Shown: positions 9,968-22,000, counted from the stretch's first letter. The stretch: 64,000 bases of DNA from a virus (IMGVR_UViG_3300045988_118548:73984-137983); one strand, 5' to 3'. Numbers and translations: made by a program. Notes: generated by a model not told the origin, from the letters alone.

Positions 9968-10381
9968 ATGGCTTGTGTTTCTAAAATAGGATCGTTGTAT
10001 GAGATGGTTACGAAGAATGTTATTGTCAGTACGACAAATACAGTCTTCGGTATTAACCCACGGGCTTGGATCGCCCTTCCGTGTGAGGGTCTTATCCTTC
10101 TTAAGATAAGGCAAGTAGTCCCCACAGCCGGAAGTGCTCTACCGGTACAGATTGCGGTCCCGGCAAACAGTACAGTTTCAACAGTAGGAGCCGACACCTG
10201 TTGCCCGGTTACGGGAGTGAATGTCGTGAACCCTATTAACGTAGCTGTCACGGGTGCTGCTATGGTAAATGGCACAGAACGCCTTCTGTACTTCAATAAA
10301 GTTCGTGGCGTGTTAAGATTAATGGATTGTTGTGTTCCGACAACAACAGCCCAGGCGTCTGAAGTTAAAGCAGGTAAATGA
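9968..10381 (+). CDS. hypothetical small beta-rich virion protein
   Basis: Strong AAAGGAGG ribosome-binding site 6 nt upstream of ATG 9968. Val/Thr/Asn-rich. Confidence 0.7.
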   Translation: MACVSKIGSLYEMVTKNVIVSTTNTVFGINPRAWIALPCEGLILLKIRQVVPTAGSALPVQIAVPANSTVSTVGADTCCPVTGVNVVNPINVAVTGAAMVNGTERLLYFNKVRGVLRLMDCCVPTTTAQASEVKAGK

Positions 10382-10431
10382 TTTCAGTAGGGTGATGGAG
10401 ATCATCACCCTATTTTCACCTAACTAATATT

Positions 10432-10926
10432 TTGATCATGTTTTCAGATTTGAAGAAAGGGTTTCAGGTACATACCCTTGATACTAATACAGTACCTAAA
10501 TACGAATTGGGAAAGGTAGTAGCCGTATCCGAACCCAGGTATCTTCCTCCTCAGCCAGGTCAGTATCAGGCGATGCAGACCCGCGTGGTGGATCTGACGG
10601 TAGAGCTCACTGGCGAAACCAAGACCTATACGGTCCCGGAATCCCAGAATGTGGCTAAGGCTATGGGCATAACATTATCTACCAGCATAGATCCGATTAT
10701 GAACGAGCTGAATGCCATAAAAAGCACCAGTCAGGAAATAATAGACAGCGTAGATGCCCATCGTGCCAAGATAGAGGCTTGTGAATCTATATTAGAAGAT
10801 ATCAATCCGGCATTCAAGCAAACGAGAGAGCAGGATCGTAAAATAGCTGGTATAGAAAATAAGGTGAATGACCTTACTGATTCATTCGAAGATTTAAAGA
10901 AGTTAATTGTAGAACGTTTGAAATAA
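10432..10926 (+). CDS. hypothetical coiled-coil protein
   Basis: 164-aa ORF co-oriented with its neighbours. C-terminal heptad-like region. Confidence 0.65.
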   Translation: MIMFSDLKKGFQVHTLDTNTVPKYELGKVVAVSEPRYLPPQPGQYQAMQTRVVDLTVELTGETKTYTVPESQNVAKAMGITLSTSIDPIMNELNAIKSTSQEIIDSVDAHRAKIEACESILEDINPAFKQTREQDRKIAGIENKVNDLTDSFEDLKKLIVERLK

Positions 10927-10933
10927 GTATAAT

Positions 10934-11302
10934 ATGATAGTATATGATTTAAATTCAGGACACAGAGAATATCCTGGATATGACGAGATAGAAGACAGAC
11001 GAGGTGGAGGCAGAGGCAGAAGCCGGCGTTCTGATGGGACGTACATGGGGTATGGTGGTGGTATTTACGACCATTACGGTATGCATGAGAAGATGAAAGA
11101 AATGGAAGAGCGCGAAAACGAGCTGGAAGAAAGGGAAAGGAGGCTCGAAGAGCGCGAACGTCGTCATGAAATGGAGGACCGGGAATACCGGAGGATGGGT
11201 TACGAATCCTACCCGACCGATTACTATGGAGACGACAGATACTACGGTGACGGACCTCAGATGCGTAGAGGTCGCGGACGTGGCAGAGGTCGTTCTTATT
11301 GA
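10934..11302 (+). CDS. RG/RGG- and Glu-Arg-repeat low-complexity protein
   Basis: RGGGRGRSRR and RRGRGRGRGRSY termini flank an (E/R)-repeat helix (EERENELEERERRLEERERRHE) and YG-rich stretches. Ends on a TGA, and the next ORF (11396) is in the same frame with no other stop between. Confidence 0.65.
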   Translation: MIVYDLNSGHREYPGYDEIEDRRGGGRGRSRRSDGTYMGYGGGIYDHYGMHEKMKEMEERENELEERERRLEERERRHEMEDREYRRMGYESYPTDYYGDDRYYGDGPQMRRGRGRGRGRSY

Positions 11303-11395
11303 GGAGCAGACGCAGAGGATCCAGCTTATCAGAAATATGTAGATACTTACGGCTACCATTTTTCTAATGCTCTCGCTGATGAGGCGGTAAAGAAG

Positions 11396-11689
11396 ATGGT
11401 CAACGTCGATGGATCCAAGAGGATCTGGAAGCAGCCGGAAATAAAAGATATTTTTGAAAAGTGCGGAGCGAAGAAGCCGGATAAAGCGACATGGGGCGAT
11501 GTCCAATATGTCTTTGCAATGTACTATTCGGATGGTTTTCCGAAGGTCTTCAAATGTGAGAACGAGTTGGTGAAAGCTACGTTAATGTATTTGGATGATC
11601 CGGATGCTCCCGAAGGAGTAGCCTTTATAAGATGGCTTGCCGTGCAAGATTACCTCGGCGAAAAAATAAACTGGAAGGATCTGACCTGA
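11396..11689 (+). CDS. hypothetical protein
   Basis: 97-aa ORF in frame with the preceding RG-rich ORF and separated from it by a single TGA. Confidence 0.55.
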   Translation: MVNVDGSKRIWKQPEIKDIFEKCGAKKPDKATWGDVQYVFAMYYSDGFPKVFKCENELVKATLMYLDDPDAPEGVAFIRWLAVQDYLGEKINWKDLT

Positions 11690-11847
11690 GATCCAGATCC
11701 AGGTCCTTCCGGTGGTGCGGGAGCCATAGTAAAAAATATGATTCCCGCATTCCCGTTTTTCCCGTTTGGAAAAAAAGGAATAAAAATATTATACCGGTCG
11801 GCGGGCAATAGAATACCCGTGGCCGGTTTGTTTCACATAACTTTTTT

Positions 11848-12030
11848 TTGGATATGAATATAGCACACGAATCTAAATCGAATAAAACCCCATTGTATTT
11901 AATAGGAGAGTTGATTGGCGTACCGAATACGGTTATGGACTCAGCATTGCATGAACTGAAAGATAGAATAGACAAAGACCCTAAATATAAAGATGTTAAA
12001 AATTGGCTCGAATCTTTACCCAAGATCTGA
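11848..12030 (+). CDS. hypothetical small protein
   Basis: 60-aa ORF followed directly by a strong terminator. Confidence 0.4.
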   Translation: MDMNIAHESKSNKTPLYLIGELIGVPNTVMDSALHELKDRIDKDPKYKDVKNWLESLPKI

Positions 12031-12048
12031 ACCTATTTTTTTTCAATA

Positions 12049-12092
12049 CCAGGCCCGATGCGATTTTAACGTATCGGGTTTTTATTTTAATT
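12049..12092 (+). terminator. rho-independent terminator
   Basis: CCCGATGCG-ATTTTAA-CGTATCGGG, a 9-bp stem with one G-T pair, then TTTTTATTTT. Confidence 0.65.
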
Positions 12093-12158
12093 CATATTGT
12101 TTTATTTTAAATCTAATTAATTCATGAATGTCGTACTTTTGTTGAAAAAGTATTTTTT

Positions 12159-12386
12159 ATGGAAAATAAGGAAGATTACGTTGGTTACGAAGATCAAGAA
12201 CTGTGTAACCGGTATTACAAAGAGGCTGAAGTCATGAGGCAAAAGCAGGACTGGTCTCGGCTTAGGGCTGTCCCTGCTCCGGCTAAGGGAACGCCATCGC
12301 CCGGCTGGGGTCAGCTTGGACGTGGAAATGATGTCCGTGTCAAGTATGTTAGCATCAATTCAGGATTAGGAGGGGACAGATTATGA
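12159..12386 (+). CDS. hypothetical protein
   Basis: Small ORF. Its stop overlaps the next start (ATGA). Confidence 0.55.
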   Translation: MENKEDYVGYEDQELCNRYYKEAEVMRQKQDWSRLRAVPAPAKGTPSPGWGQLGRGNDVRVKYVSINSGLGGDRL

Positions 12387-12598
12387 CCGTAGAAGAATTG
12401 GCTAATAAAAGATACGGTGGCGAATTTGTTTTCATGTTTGGTCATCTTGAAGGTAGAACAAGATTCGTTTTTGAATGCTTTGATCCCAGACCTGATCACG
12501 AAGGTAAAAATACTTATATGGTTTCCTATTTTGATAAGGGACTTCGTAGAAGAGATGTGGTAGATGTGCCATGTTATATGAATGTTTTAGCAAAATAA
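12383..12598 (+). CDS. hypothetical protein
   Basis: Translationally coupled to the upstream ORF. Confidence 0.55.
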   Translation: MTVEELANKRYGGEFVFMFGHLEGRTRFVFECFDPRPDHEGKNTYMVSYFDKGLRRRDVVDVPCYMNVLAK

Positions 12599-12618
12599 AT
12601 TAAAATATTGTAAATATC

Positions 12619-13254
12619 GTGGTTAGAATCGCATATTTAGGAACCGATGGCTGTCCTGGTCATCACGTTATTCCAATACGAGGTAAATTTACGGAAGAGG
12701 ATATTAAGGTAATAGAATCTATAGATTGTGATGATTTCTATAAGGTGTTTGATGTCATGCGTTTTAAGATAGCTGAGTTTAAAGGATGGACGATATTGGG
12801 AATCCCGGCAAGCTTAGACGATCATAGACCTGGAAGCAAAACCGTTATCTTCATAGAGGGTAAAGCTAACGAAGCTGATTTTATAGAAGTCATACAAGAG
12901 TATTATTTTCTTAAAAATAAGGTAAAGAAACTTGCCGAATTGTATCATGATGGAGAATGGCTTGCGACTGGTAAATTGAATCAAGATCAGCCTACTAACA
13001 AGGAGCGGTTTCAATTTACGTTAGACAAGGATGATATTATTAATATGATTAGGGGAGTCGATTTAGATCCTTATTCTGATGTAGCGAATGAAATAGAGAA
13101 AATCGGATTGGGATCATCATCTGATTCTTCATATGAGGGTCCCACATGGTCTTGGTTTATTAACAAAGTAGAACTTTGGCAGAAGAATAATGTATGGGAT
13201 GGTTTTTCTGCTGAGTTCTTATGGGGTTTGTATTGTAGGATAAAGAAAGTATAG
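12619..13254 (+). CDS. hypothetical protein
   Basis: 211-aa ORF in the + small-gene cluster. Confidence 0.6.
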   Translation: MVRIAYLGTDGCPGHHVIPIRGKFTEEDIKVIESIDCDDFYKVFDVMRFKIAEFKGWTILGIPASLDDHRPGSKTVIFIEGKANEADFIEVIQEYYFLKNKVKKLAELYHDGEWLATGKLNQDQPTNKERFQFTLDKDDIINMIRGVDLDPYSDVANEIEKIGLGSSSDSSYEGPTWSWFINKVELWQKNNVWDGFSAEFLWGLYCRIKKV

Positions 13255-13277
13255 TAACAATTAATTAAAAACAAATC

Positions 13278-14141
13278 ATGGAATTAAAAGATTTTAAAGA
13301 TGTGGTTAGAGTAATGACAAAAGAAGAGTTCGAATCAACAATCGAAGAAGATATTAAATTCGTTGAGGGATTCAAGAATTTCTTAAAACATGATGATGCC
13401 ACGAGAATAGTAGAGCATATCAAGTCTGTGTTAGAAGCATCAGTAGATTACTACTATCCTAATCATCCTGAAGTAGAATTTGAAAAAGATTTTAATATAC
13501 AATACGATGTCAATAATATCTTGAACAAATACGGCCACACCGAAATGGGTATGTATAAAATACAGCTCTATATAGAGAATATTTTGGGTAGTATTCAAAA
13601 CAAGAAGCCTGTAGACGTGGGAGAAGTCTCTGACGGATACCACACTTTCAATGAATTGTATCGGTATCGCATGTTGTATAACGCTGCCTTCTTTAATCTA
13701 TTAGCCAGAAACGGACAGGTTGAAGTTTGCAAATCAAGGAGACACAGCGATGGAGAAAAATGCTTCGGTTCTGATGATTGGTTTATTGTGATGGCGATCC
13801 TACCTACCGGTCAGGTATCTAATCACTATGAAAGCAAATACTGGGATTTGTTTGATGTTCCTGAAAGAGAAACCGCTTTCGAATACGATGGCCATACACC
13901 AAATGAAGCCGCCGACAGACTTAAAAAGTATCTCAAACTGCCTCGTCGTGGCATGACATTCGAACAGGCTTTAGAACGGCTTAAATTAGGTCGTAAGATA
14001 AAAAGAATCGATTGGGGTAAAAAGTATATCTGTATGTTTGACGTAAATATATTGATGGTAGATACAGGTCAAAAAGTAGCATCAAATTGGAATCCAACCG
14101 AACATGATATTATGTCTAATGACTGGGAGATTGCGGGATGA
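13278..14141 (+). CDS. hypothetical protein
   Basis: 287-aa ORF. Stop overlaps the next start (ATGA). Confidence 0.6.
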   Translation: MELKDFKDVVRVMTKEEFESTIEEDIKFVEGFKNFLKHDDATRIVEHIKSVLEASVDYYYPNHPEVEFEKDFNIQYDVNNILNKYGHTEMGMYKIQLYIENILGSIQNKKPVDVGEVSDGYHTFNELYRYRMLYNAAFFNLLARNGQVEVCKSRRHSDGEKCFGSDDWFIVMAILPTGQVSNHYESKYWDLFDVPERETAFEYDGHTPNEAADRLKKYLKLPRRGMTFEQALERLKLGRKIKRIDWGKKYICMFDVNILMVDTGQKVASNWNPTEHDIMSNDWEIAG

Positions 14142-14413
14142 GTTTGTTTGTATGTTCAAAATGTGGCTGTATAGATAATACAGCCACATCATATTACTGG
14201 GCTCTTATAAGACCTTGTAAGAATCGTATTTACGATAAGTCGCTAAAGGGATATGAAGGCAAGCCTCTTTGTTCTGAATGTGCCGCTATTGAATATAGTA
14301 AGGGGGGAGAAGTGGTGGTAGTTCCTGGAACGTGGCATGGTAAGTTCAAGAAAGAATGGCCTACTGAAGAAGAAAAGAAGCATATTGGTAAAAACGGTAT
14401 TTTAAATATGTAA
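14138..14413 (+). CDS. hypothetical zinc-ribbon protein
   Basis: Cys pairs CSKCGC...CSEC. Confidence 0.55.
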   Translation: MSLFVCSKCGCIDNTATSYYWALIRPCKNRIYDKSLKGYEGKPLCSECAAIEYSKGGEVVVVPGTWHGKFKKEWPTEEEKKHIGKNGILNM

Positions 14414-14416
14414 ATT

Positions 14417-14722
14417 ATGTGTGATAAGGAAATTGTTGTATGCGCAGCTATATGGGTTCAAGATCACAAGAACAAGCCTCACGGTCCAGTAAATATACCA
14501 TCCGGAACCGTATTTTGTGGATTGAGGCATTGTTCCATAATATCGCAACTTGCGGCATACGGTATAGCCCATAAAAACCGCAGTGTTCAAGGATTTTTGA
14601 CAAGCAAGAATCGGTTTTTAACAAGAGAGGAAGCGTCTGAACTTGTTAGAAACAATAATCAGGAGATGGTGGTAGATAGGAATGCCATTAGAGAACAGTT
14701 GTATTCAGAAGATTTGTATTAA
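14417..14722 (+). CDS. hypothetical protein
   Basis: 101-aa ORF. Confidence 0.55.
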   Translation: MCDKEIVVCAAIWVQDHKNKPHGPVNIPSGTVFCGLRHCSIISQLAAYGIAHKNRSVQGFLTSKNRFLTREEASELVRNNNQEMVVDRNAIREQLYSEDLY

Positions 14723-14739
14723 CTAAAAAATAAAACAAT

Positions 14740-15090
14740 ATGGGATTTATAATCAGAAAGTCAATATTTTATGATATGATGGACGGCAATCAATTAAAGT
14801 ATGAATTTGACAACAGGGATTTAGATCATATCACATTTAAAGGTGATGGTAAAGAATCTTTTTCATTTAACAGAGCACTTGTTGAAAATTTAATTGAGAC
14901 ATTTGAAACCATGCAGAATATATACTCCGATAATTATAGGCTTAAGGTTTATACTGGTAATTGCATAATTCAATTGAACGTAAATCCAAAGGACCCCAGT
15001 GAATCCTTTTTTGACGTATATGATAGAGATGAGATGAAATTGATATACGGAATAAAGATCAGTATTCTGAAAGAAATGTTTATCATATGA
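14740..15090 (+). CDS. hypothetical protein
   Basis: 116-aa ORF. Stop overlaps the next start. Confidence 0.55.
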   Translation: MGFIIRKSIFYDMMDGNQLKYEFDNRDLDHITFKGDGKESFSFNRALVENLIETFETMQNIYSDNYRLKVYTGNCIIQLNVNPKDPSESFFDVYDRDEMKLIYGIKISILKEMFII

Positions 15091-15404
15091 TTACCAAGCA
15101 GGACATACAAGCAGCAGCATCGTATATTTTCCGAAGCAGTTTTGTCTCGGAGGACCAGGCAAGGAAAGCAATAGTAAGAGTCGGCAATAACGCTACCAAG
15201 ATCCTCGTCAAGACCTTTAGAGGCAAGTTGTTCAAGAAAGCTTTTGAAAGAGCCCGTAGAGGAAAGGATATCAGTTCTTTTGAAAGACAGGAAAAAGAAA
15301 GTGGTTTCAATTTTCTACACAATCCTAATAATGGTCGTATGCAAAGCGGTCATATTATAATAGATGGAATTGGTCTGTTTAAACAAATAATTCATGAAAG
15401 GTAA
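15087..15404 (+). CDS. hypothetical basic protein
   Basis: 105-aa ORF, translationally coupled. Confidence 0.55.
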   Translation: MITKQDIQAAASYIFRSSFVSEDQARKAIVRVGNNATKILVKTFRGKLFKKAFERARRGKDISSFERQEKESGFNFLHNPNNGRMQSGHIIIDGIGLFKQIIHER

Positions 15405-15567
15405 AAAAGTTGATATTCGTTTAGGTAGAGGTCTGGCGAATCAGATTAAGATAAACAAAACCATTCCAGTGTCTCATAAACCAAAAGAAGAACGTCGAAT
15501 GATGTTTATTTGTGGTGATGATATTGCTTCTATTATAAAGCGGTTTGAAAACGAATCAAAGTAATAT
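15394..15567 (+). CDS. hypothetical small basic protein (57 aa)
   Basis: ATG 15394 overlaps the end of the previous gene. MKGKKVDIRLGRG... Too short for the ORF track. Followed by a strong terminator. Confidence 0.35.
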
Positions 15568-15570
15568 AAA

Positions 15571-15601
15571 GTCGGACATATATCTTGTCCGATTTTTTTT
15601 A
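15571..15601 (+). terminator. rho-independent terminator
   Basis: GTCGGACA-TATATCT-TGTCCGAT stem then TTTTTTTT. It lies inside the track ORF 15545..15937, so that ORF's TTG-start N-terminus is spurious. Confidence 0.7.
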
Positions 15602-15613
15602 TATATTTGTGGC

Positions 15614-15937
15614 ATGGCAAGAGGTTATTATTGGATACCACAAACAGATGAAACGTTAAATGGCAGAAGCTATTACGTGGCTAAGATAGTAGGAGATATC
15701 ACGTTTGATACTAAACGAAAAAGAATCGTATTTCAAGCTGATAGGTATTTCCCTGTAGGATCTGTTTTCCATTTTACGCACAATTGCTTCAATTATATCA
15801 TAACTTGCCTAATTCGTAAGCCGGGGCTTTGGTTTGAAGCCAGGAGAGAGGATTCGGGCTCTATTTGCCCTGAAGATATTGAGCGCTTTGAATCGGGAAG
15901 GTTTATACACCGAGATGGGTACATGCATTACATATAA
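15614..15937 (+). CDS. hypothetical protein
   Basis: Likely true start ATG 15614 (MARGYYWIPQ), downstream of the terminator. Confidence 0.5.
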   Translation: MARGYYWIPQTDETLNGRSYYVAKIVGDITFDTKRKRIVFQADRYFPVGSVFHFTHNCFNYIITCLIRKPGLWFEARREDSGSICPEDIERFESGRFIHRDGYMHYI

Positions 15938-15989
15938 GCTGAACTTGACGATTTTTCGTCAGATTATAATTTTTTTTCATATTATTTTT

Positions 15990-16027
15990 AAGCCATCAGA
16001 CTGAGAAGTTAGATGGCTTTGTTTTAT
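15990..16027 (+). terminator. rho-independent terminator candidate
   Basis: AAGCCATC-N14-GATGGCTT, an 8-bp stem, then TGTTTT. Confidence 0.5.
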
Positions 16028-16045
16028 CATATGCTTGATTTTTAA

Positions 16046-16053
16046 CTACCTTT
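16046..16053 (+). promoter_or_regulatory. Bacteroidetes-type -7 promoter box (TACCTTTG)
   Basis: TAnnTTTG match 25 nt upstream of the giant ORF start. Confidence 0.4.
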
Positions 16054-16077
16054 GTCTCATAACAAAAATGTTTTATC

Positions 16078-19000
16078 ATGGTATCAACGTGTATTATTAA
16101 AAGAGATAATAAAAAGAAAGTTGTTTCTGTCTCTACCAGATCAGGGGACAGGTCTATGTTATTTGATAAAATAGCATCTATTCCTCTTATGGAGAACAGG
16201 GAACGGGCTACTACTGTTTTTAAAACCGTATTTTCTAATAAGTTCTTAAAGGCTTTTGGCGACTGGAGAAAGAAAGTACCTGTTAATAAACAGGCCTACA
16301 ATAAGGTGAAATCCAACATCGATCTTATTCCGGAAGCTTATAGAGAAAGGGTGCTGGATAAGGCTTCTAAGATGAGTAATCCTGTTCTTGTATCAAAATC
16401 AGATGCACCTTATGAAATCCGAGAATCGGGCTTTGGATTTTACAGCCAAGATCTGGGTGATAATATTATGTTGGTAGATGCTATGGTCCCGTCAAGTATT
16501 TCCGTACCGGAAGGACCGGGAATAGACGCCGGGCAGTATTTACAAGATGCTATATCTTCGGACTTCACTCCCGTATCTATGGTACAGGATAAGGGTGTTA
16601 ATTATATGGTTATAAAAGACGGTCTTAAGATATTTAGCCCAGAAGAGTTACCACAGACAGATTCTAATCCTGTGGGTGTAACGTATCAGACCGGAGAGCC
16701 TCGTTTGTTTTTCATAAACGATCGTAATCAATTATTTGAAGATTACGGAGAAGCTCTTCGCTCTGGCGGAAATGATATTAGAATAGGATTCTTATCAGGC
16801 ACCGTTCAAGAATCTACCGTGGATGGCGTGGCAGACATTACTTACAAGGCTGGAAAGTATGTTCTTAATAATCCCAAATCTTTTATACCGGTCATGACCG
16901 CTTCTGCTTCTACTTCTTTATCAACAAAAGGTGGTATAATTAACTACCTTATAAAGAAAGGTCTTTTGTCAGGATCTAAGATATTCGATCCTGAAACAAG
17001 AAGCTATTATCTTACAGGAGAAGGTCATACAGGACAAATTAGACTTTTCAATTCAGCCTTATCCTACACCGAGCTCCGTAATCATTTTGGTTCAGATGTT
17101 TCCATGAACGACCAAGGTATGATAACCATAAGCTCGTTGGATAATAGTAAGGTAACTATGAGGCTCGCCACCGGAGGAACGGAAAGGGTTAGCAAAGAGC
17201 AGATAAAGAACGATCTTAAGTCAGGAAGATACAATGAATTGGACGCCAAGTACGATCATTTTGATGCGCTTGTAGTTTCATTCATATTAGAAGACAACGA
17301 TCTTTATGCTGATACTAAAGCTAAGATCGTATCAGATTATAGCAGGCAGGAACGTGATCAACGAAATTCTATTGTCGAGATACTGAAAACGTTGGGCGTT
17401 AGTGTCATAGGTATGACCGATTATATAGAGAAGTATCAAACCAAATACGGGCACGAACCTTCTGCTAAGGCATTGGCGGATATTGCCAATAACGTAATAG
17501 CAGTTGGTGAAGATGCTACTTTATCTGATTTAGTAGAAGAAACAGCCCACTTCCTTGTAGAGGCATACAGAGATCAGAATGCTGTTGAGGCTGTTCTGCA
17601 AGATGTAGAAGGCACAGAAGAGTGGAACCAGTATGCAGGTCAGTATTATAATACATACGGTAAAGTATATGAAGGAGCCGAGCTTGATAATGCTGTTAGG
17701 AGGGAAATTCTTGGAAAGATCCTCGCCAGGGAGATGCAGACCGGCACAGCACAGGCGCCGGTAGAGCCCACCTCCTTCCTGGGGCGCGTCCGGCAGCTTC
17801 TCTCTGGAATCGTAAGCTGGCTTAAATCAGCTTTATCAACCCAAAGACAAGATTTGAATAACGTTATTAAAAGCATTCGTGATCTTGCCATTACTGACAT
17901 AGATAAAGGATTTGACACCTCTCTGTTAAAGGATAATGACTTTACATTATACTCCCTTTCTTCTATGAACAAGAACAAGTTTCTTGAGTCTAAGATCCGG
18001 GCATTGAGAAAAACCTTAAGAGACTTGCGTCAGATAAGCTCTGATAGGGCTGTAACTACGTCTATGACCCTTGCTCAGCTTAAGACTATAGAAGATAAGA
18101 TAAATAAGGTAGAGACCGAAATAGACAAGAATGAGATGGCGGCTGCCATGAATAGCATGATCTCTACAGCCGAAGCTCAGGTCAGATACTTAAGCAATGT
18201 GGTGAACACCATCCTTCATGGTGATACCAAAGATGGTAAGCTTCACTTCAATACCAATGATCGAAAGAACGTAGATATTATCAACAATCAGGTTCTTCCG
18301 ATCATGAACGATCTTCGAGGATATATCCGTAACAGAAGTACCGAATTTGATGAACGTGAAAAGCAGGATTATACAAATAGGATTAATACCGTCATTGCCG
18401 ACATTAATGGTATTCAGTCTGATATTAAATCAGTACAAGACCTTGATGAAAGCACGTTGCTTGATAAGTTAATGAACGAACTTCATGTGCCGGCAGATAA
18501 GGTAAAGAGAGTAAAAGAATTTTTTGACAAAGTTCAACATGATGTCTCTTGGATAAGTAGGTGGTTCGGTATATTAGAGCATTCTTCCAGTCCGTTCAAT
18601 AACGCTCTTGGAGCTATGATTGCCAAAGACAATTACAATGCGATGGTGAATGCTCAGCCCGCCATATCCGACTTCCTGGCATATGCTAAAAAGCATGGTT
18701 TTAACAAATCTGAATTTGAAAAACTGCTTCAGAAAGTAGATGGCAAAACTTCTAATTACCTTCGCAGTGCTCTTGATATGGCTAAATACGATCGTAATAA
18801 GAAACTGGCACAGATGCGTGCGTTTGCGGCTGCCATGAACATAGAAATATCAGAAGAAGAAATCAATGATGTGGTTGACAATAATCGTAATTACGTATTT
18901 AAAAGAGAAGTAGTTGACAAGGACGGAAATACGGTTACTGAAAACGCTAAATTTAAGCCCTCATCTGACAGGGTTAATACCGATATTTTTACCATCGAGC

Positions 19001-22000
19001 AGGAAAAGATCTATACGGAGCAGATGGAAAAGTGGGATGCTGAAAATTCAGAATTGGAATTTAGTGAAAGTTACGCCACAAGAATGGAATCCATATACAA
19101 AAAGGCTGAAGAAGAATTAGGACATCCGGTTTCTCAAACAACCAAAGAATACCTTAATGCCTTATCCCGGCAAAAACGGATATTGAGGCAGCCTTTTATT
19201 GATAGCGGTGGTAATTTTGATGAGGTTGCCTACTATAAGAGTAGTAACTACGAAGAAGAAGGACTGCTTCGTAAACAACGTAAGGAAGCAGCTTCGGAAT
19301 ACATATATGTAGGGACCAGACGTGTTGAAAAAACCGGCGACCAACTTAAGATGGCCAAAGAAATACAAGCCATAAATGAAGTTTGGAGAAAAGAATCAAA
19401 TAATGCCACTAATTCCGTATCAGAATCGTTTTTGCAAAAATTAAGAACGATTCAGAACGAGTCAGGAGGAGAAGCTGCGTTGAAGGCACTTATGTTGGGA
19501 GGTCACCTGTCATTTAATGATCGGTTTTGGAATGATGTAGAATCGGAACAGTCGGCACGTACCGAATCAAATAACAAGGCTTCGTATCTTAAAATGGCGC
19601 ATGATATCATTAGTTCTACGACAAGTGATAGAGATGCGACTGACGTGGACTCGATTGTAAAAGATATAGAAAAAAATAAGGCCATTATCAAGGAAATAAT
19701 CGGAAACAATCGCGATGTGGCTGATATCGGAGAAATTAACGAAGCGACATTTACCTCATCTGAAAGAGATGCTTTTAGGGCCGCATCTGAAGCTATTGAA
19801 GCCGATTACGCTATCTTAATAGATTATGCTAAGATGGTGGGTCTTGAAGATATTGATAAGTACCTTACTAAAAGCAGTAAGGCTGAAAACGAAGTAAATC
19901 AGTCTTATTTAAATGCTCTTGCTGACTCCAAGGAAGTGGAATGGAAGTTCGTACAACGTCATACTACGGCGAAGAAAGCAAAAAGGATTCAGGCTTTAAG
20001 GGATAAGCTGTTTAAGGCTGCTGATAACCGATATCTGTTTACCGTATCTGAAACCAACTACCTGTCAGAAAAGCTTGGTATAAGCAAAGAATTAGACGGT
20101 AGAGATTTCAGGAATGCTGTTAATGCTAAGATGGCCAGCTTATTTTTAAATAATACAAGAGAAGAGGGTATAGAAGCTGACATAAAAGCGGGCATAGAAG
20201 AAGCTAATGCTATTGTTAATGAATTTGCCAGGAGCCAGGTTTTTTCGTACTATAAACGCATGGCGCCTACCGGATATGCGGCCATGATCGACAAAATCGG
20301 TCGAGGTGAGATAGATGTGGCGCAGATGGTTAAGGACGTACAAAACGGTACATCCACCCAAGATTATGGCATGGACATATCGTACCTTTCTTTCGACCCT
20401 GCAAGGGCATGGGTGGCTGAATCTGAAGCCGAAAATAGCGGCCGTAATCCTGATTATGTAAAAGATCATGGGTATGGTCATCGCATGCCTAAGAAAAGCC
20501 TGTATCGTGACGAATCGTATTTCAATGACTTTGGTATCAAGTATGATGCTGACGGTAATGAAGTTGCTACTAAAAACGTAGATCAGTGGAATATGATTCA
20601 AAAACTCAAGGAAATAAAAAGACAATCACTTGATCTATACAAAGAGCAGAGCCCGAACCTGTATGCTATTCCACAGATATCAAAACAAGATATAGAACGT
20701 ATAGAAGGATTGGGTATTAACTTCAAAAATACGGTTCGTAATTTTGTATCAGATCTGTGCCTGGACAGAGTAGACGATTCTTTATACGGTAAAACCAGAC
20801 AAGGGGAAGTATATGATCCGGAAGACAGACTTAGGTCTATACCCAAATACTACATATATGAATTGGAGAACCAAGATGATGTATCTCACGATTTTGGCTA
20901 CTCTTATTCTATGCTTATGATGCAGTCATCGTTATATAACGAAAAGCAGAAGTCTATAGAGCTTGCCCAAGGACTGGAGCAGATGTTACTGAATAAACAA
21001 TTTGAAGGCGGTAAGAAGGCTGAAGCAACCCAAGCGTATCAGATGTTCAGGGACTTCTTCAACGATCATTATTATGGCATTAGGATGAATACCAAAAAAC
21101 TGACGGTAAACATCGGTGGATACACAGTAGACCTTACCAGGATAATGATGGCCGTTGAAAGATTTATGTCGGTCATGAACCTGGCGCTGTCCCCGTTTGT
21201 GGCAGCTACCGGCGCCTTAACAGGTCATATTAACCTCATCATGGAATCTGCCGTAGGACAGTATATAAGCAAAGATTCCCTTAAATACGCATCGGCTGAG
21301 TTTTCACGTCTTGCGCCATCTTGTATAGCAGAAACCGGAGACATAGATAGGAAAAGCAAATTATATGTCATAGGTGAGAGAATGGGGATATTCAATATCC
21401 GAAATCGTATGTATGGTGCCGGATACAATAGAGTGGCCAGGACCTTAATGCGTTCACCTATGTATGCTTTTATGGAAATCCTGAACTACCCTCTTGATCC
21501 GCAGGTTATGATTGCTACTATGGACAATGTTCGTTATTACAAAGGTCGGTTCTACACGTTCCAAGATTTCAAGATGGAAAAAGAACGCAATAAAGAACAG
21601 AGTACCATAAAAAGAGAATGGAACGCATTAAAAGATCGTACTTTATGGAGTATGGTAGACGTCGTGGATGGGAAGGTGGTTGTAAAGCCCAGATCGGGTG
21701 TTACTGTTGAGGAAGTTGAAACCCAGATGGCTATAACCAGAAATCAAGTTCGTAGCTTGTCGCAGATATGTAACGGATCTTTGAATGAAGAAAACCGGAC
21801 TGCCGCATCGCGCAACTGGATAGCCAGGTTCATGACCGCCCACCGAGGATGGTTGGTGCTGGCGGCTCAACGCCTGTGGAAAAGACGTGGCTTCAATTTC
21901 CAAACAATGCAAGAAGAGGAAGGGTTGTCAATTACGTTAAAGAATATGATAGCCAAAACATTTAGCCTGGCTTCCGAGTCTGGTATGAAAAACATCATAG

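Noticed and set aside
9012-11506. Long minus-strand ORFs (9012..9731, 9721..10296, 10955..11506) overlapping + strand genes.
   Set aside because: They lie antisense to + genes that have strong ribosome-binding sites and sit in a uniformly + oriented block. The low-complexity Gly/Gln/Arg codons of the + genes leave the opposite strand open by chance. Treated as artefacts.
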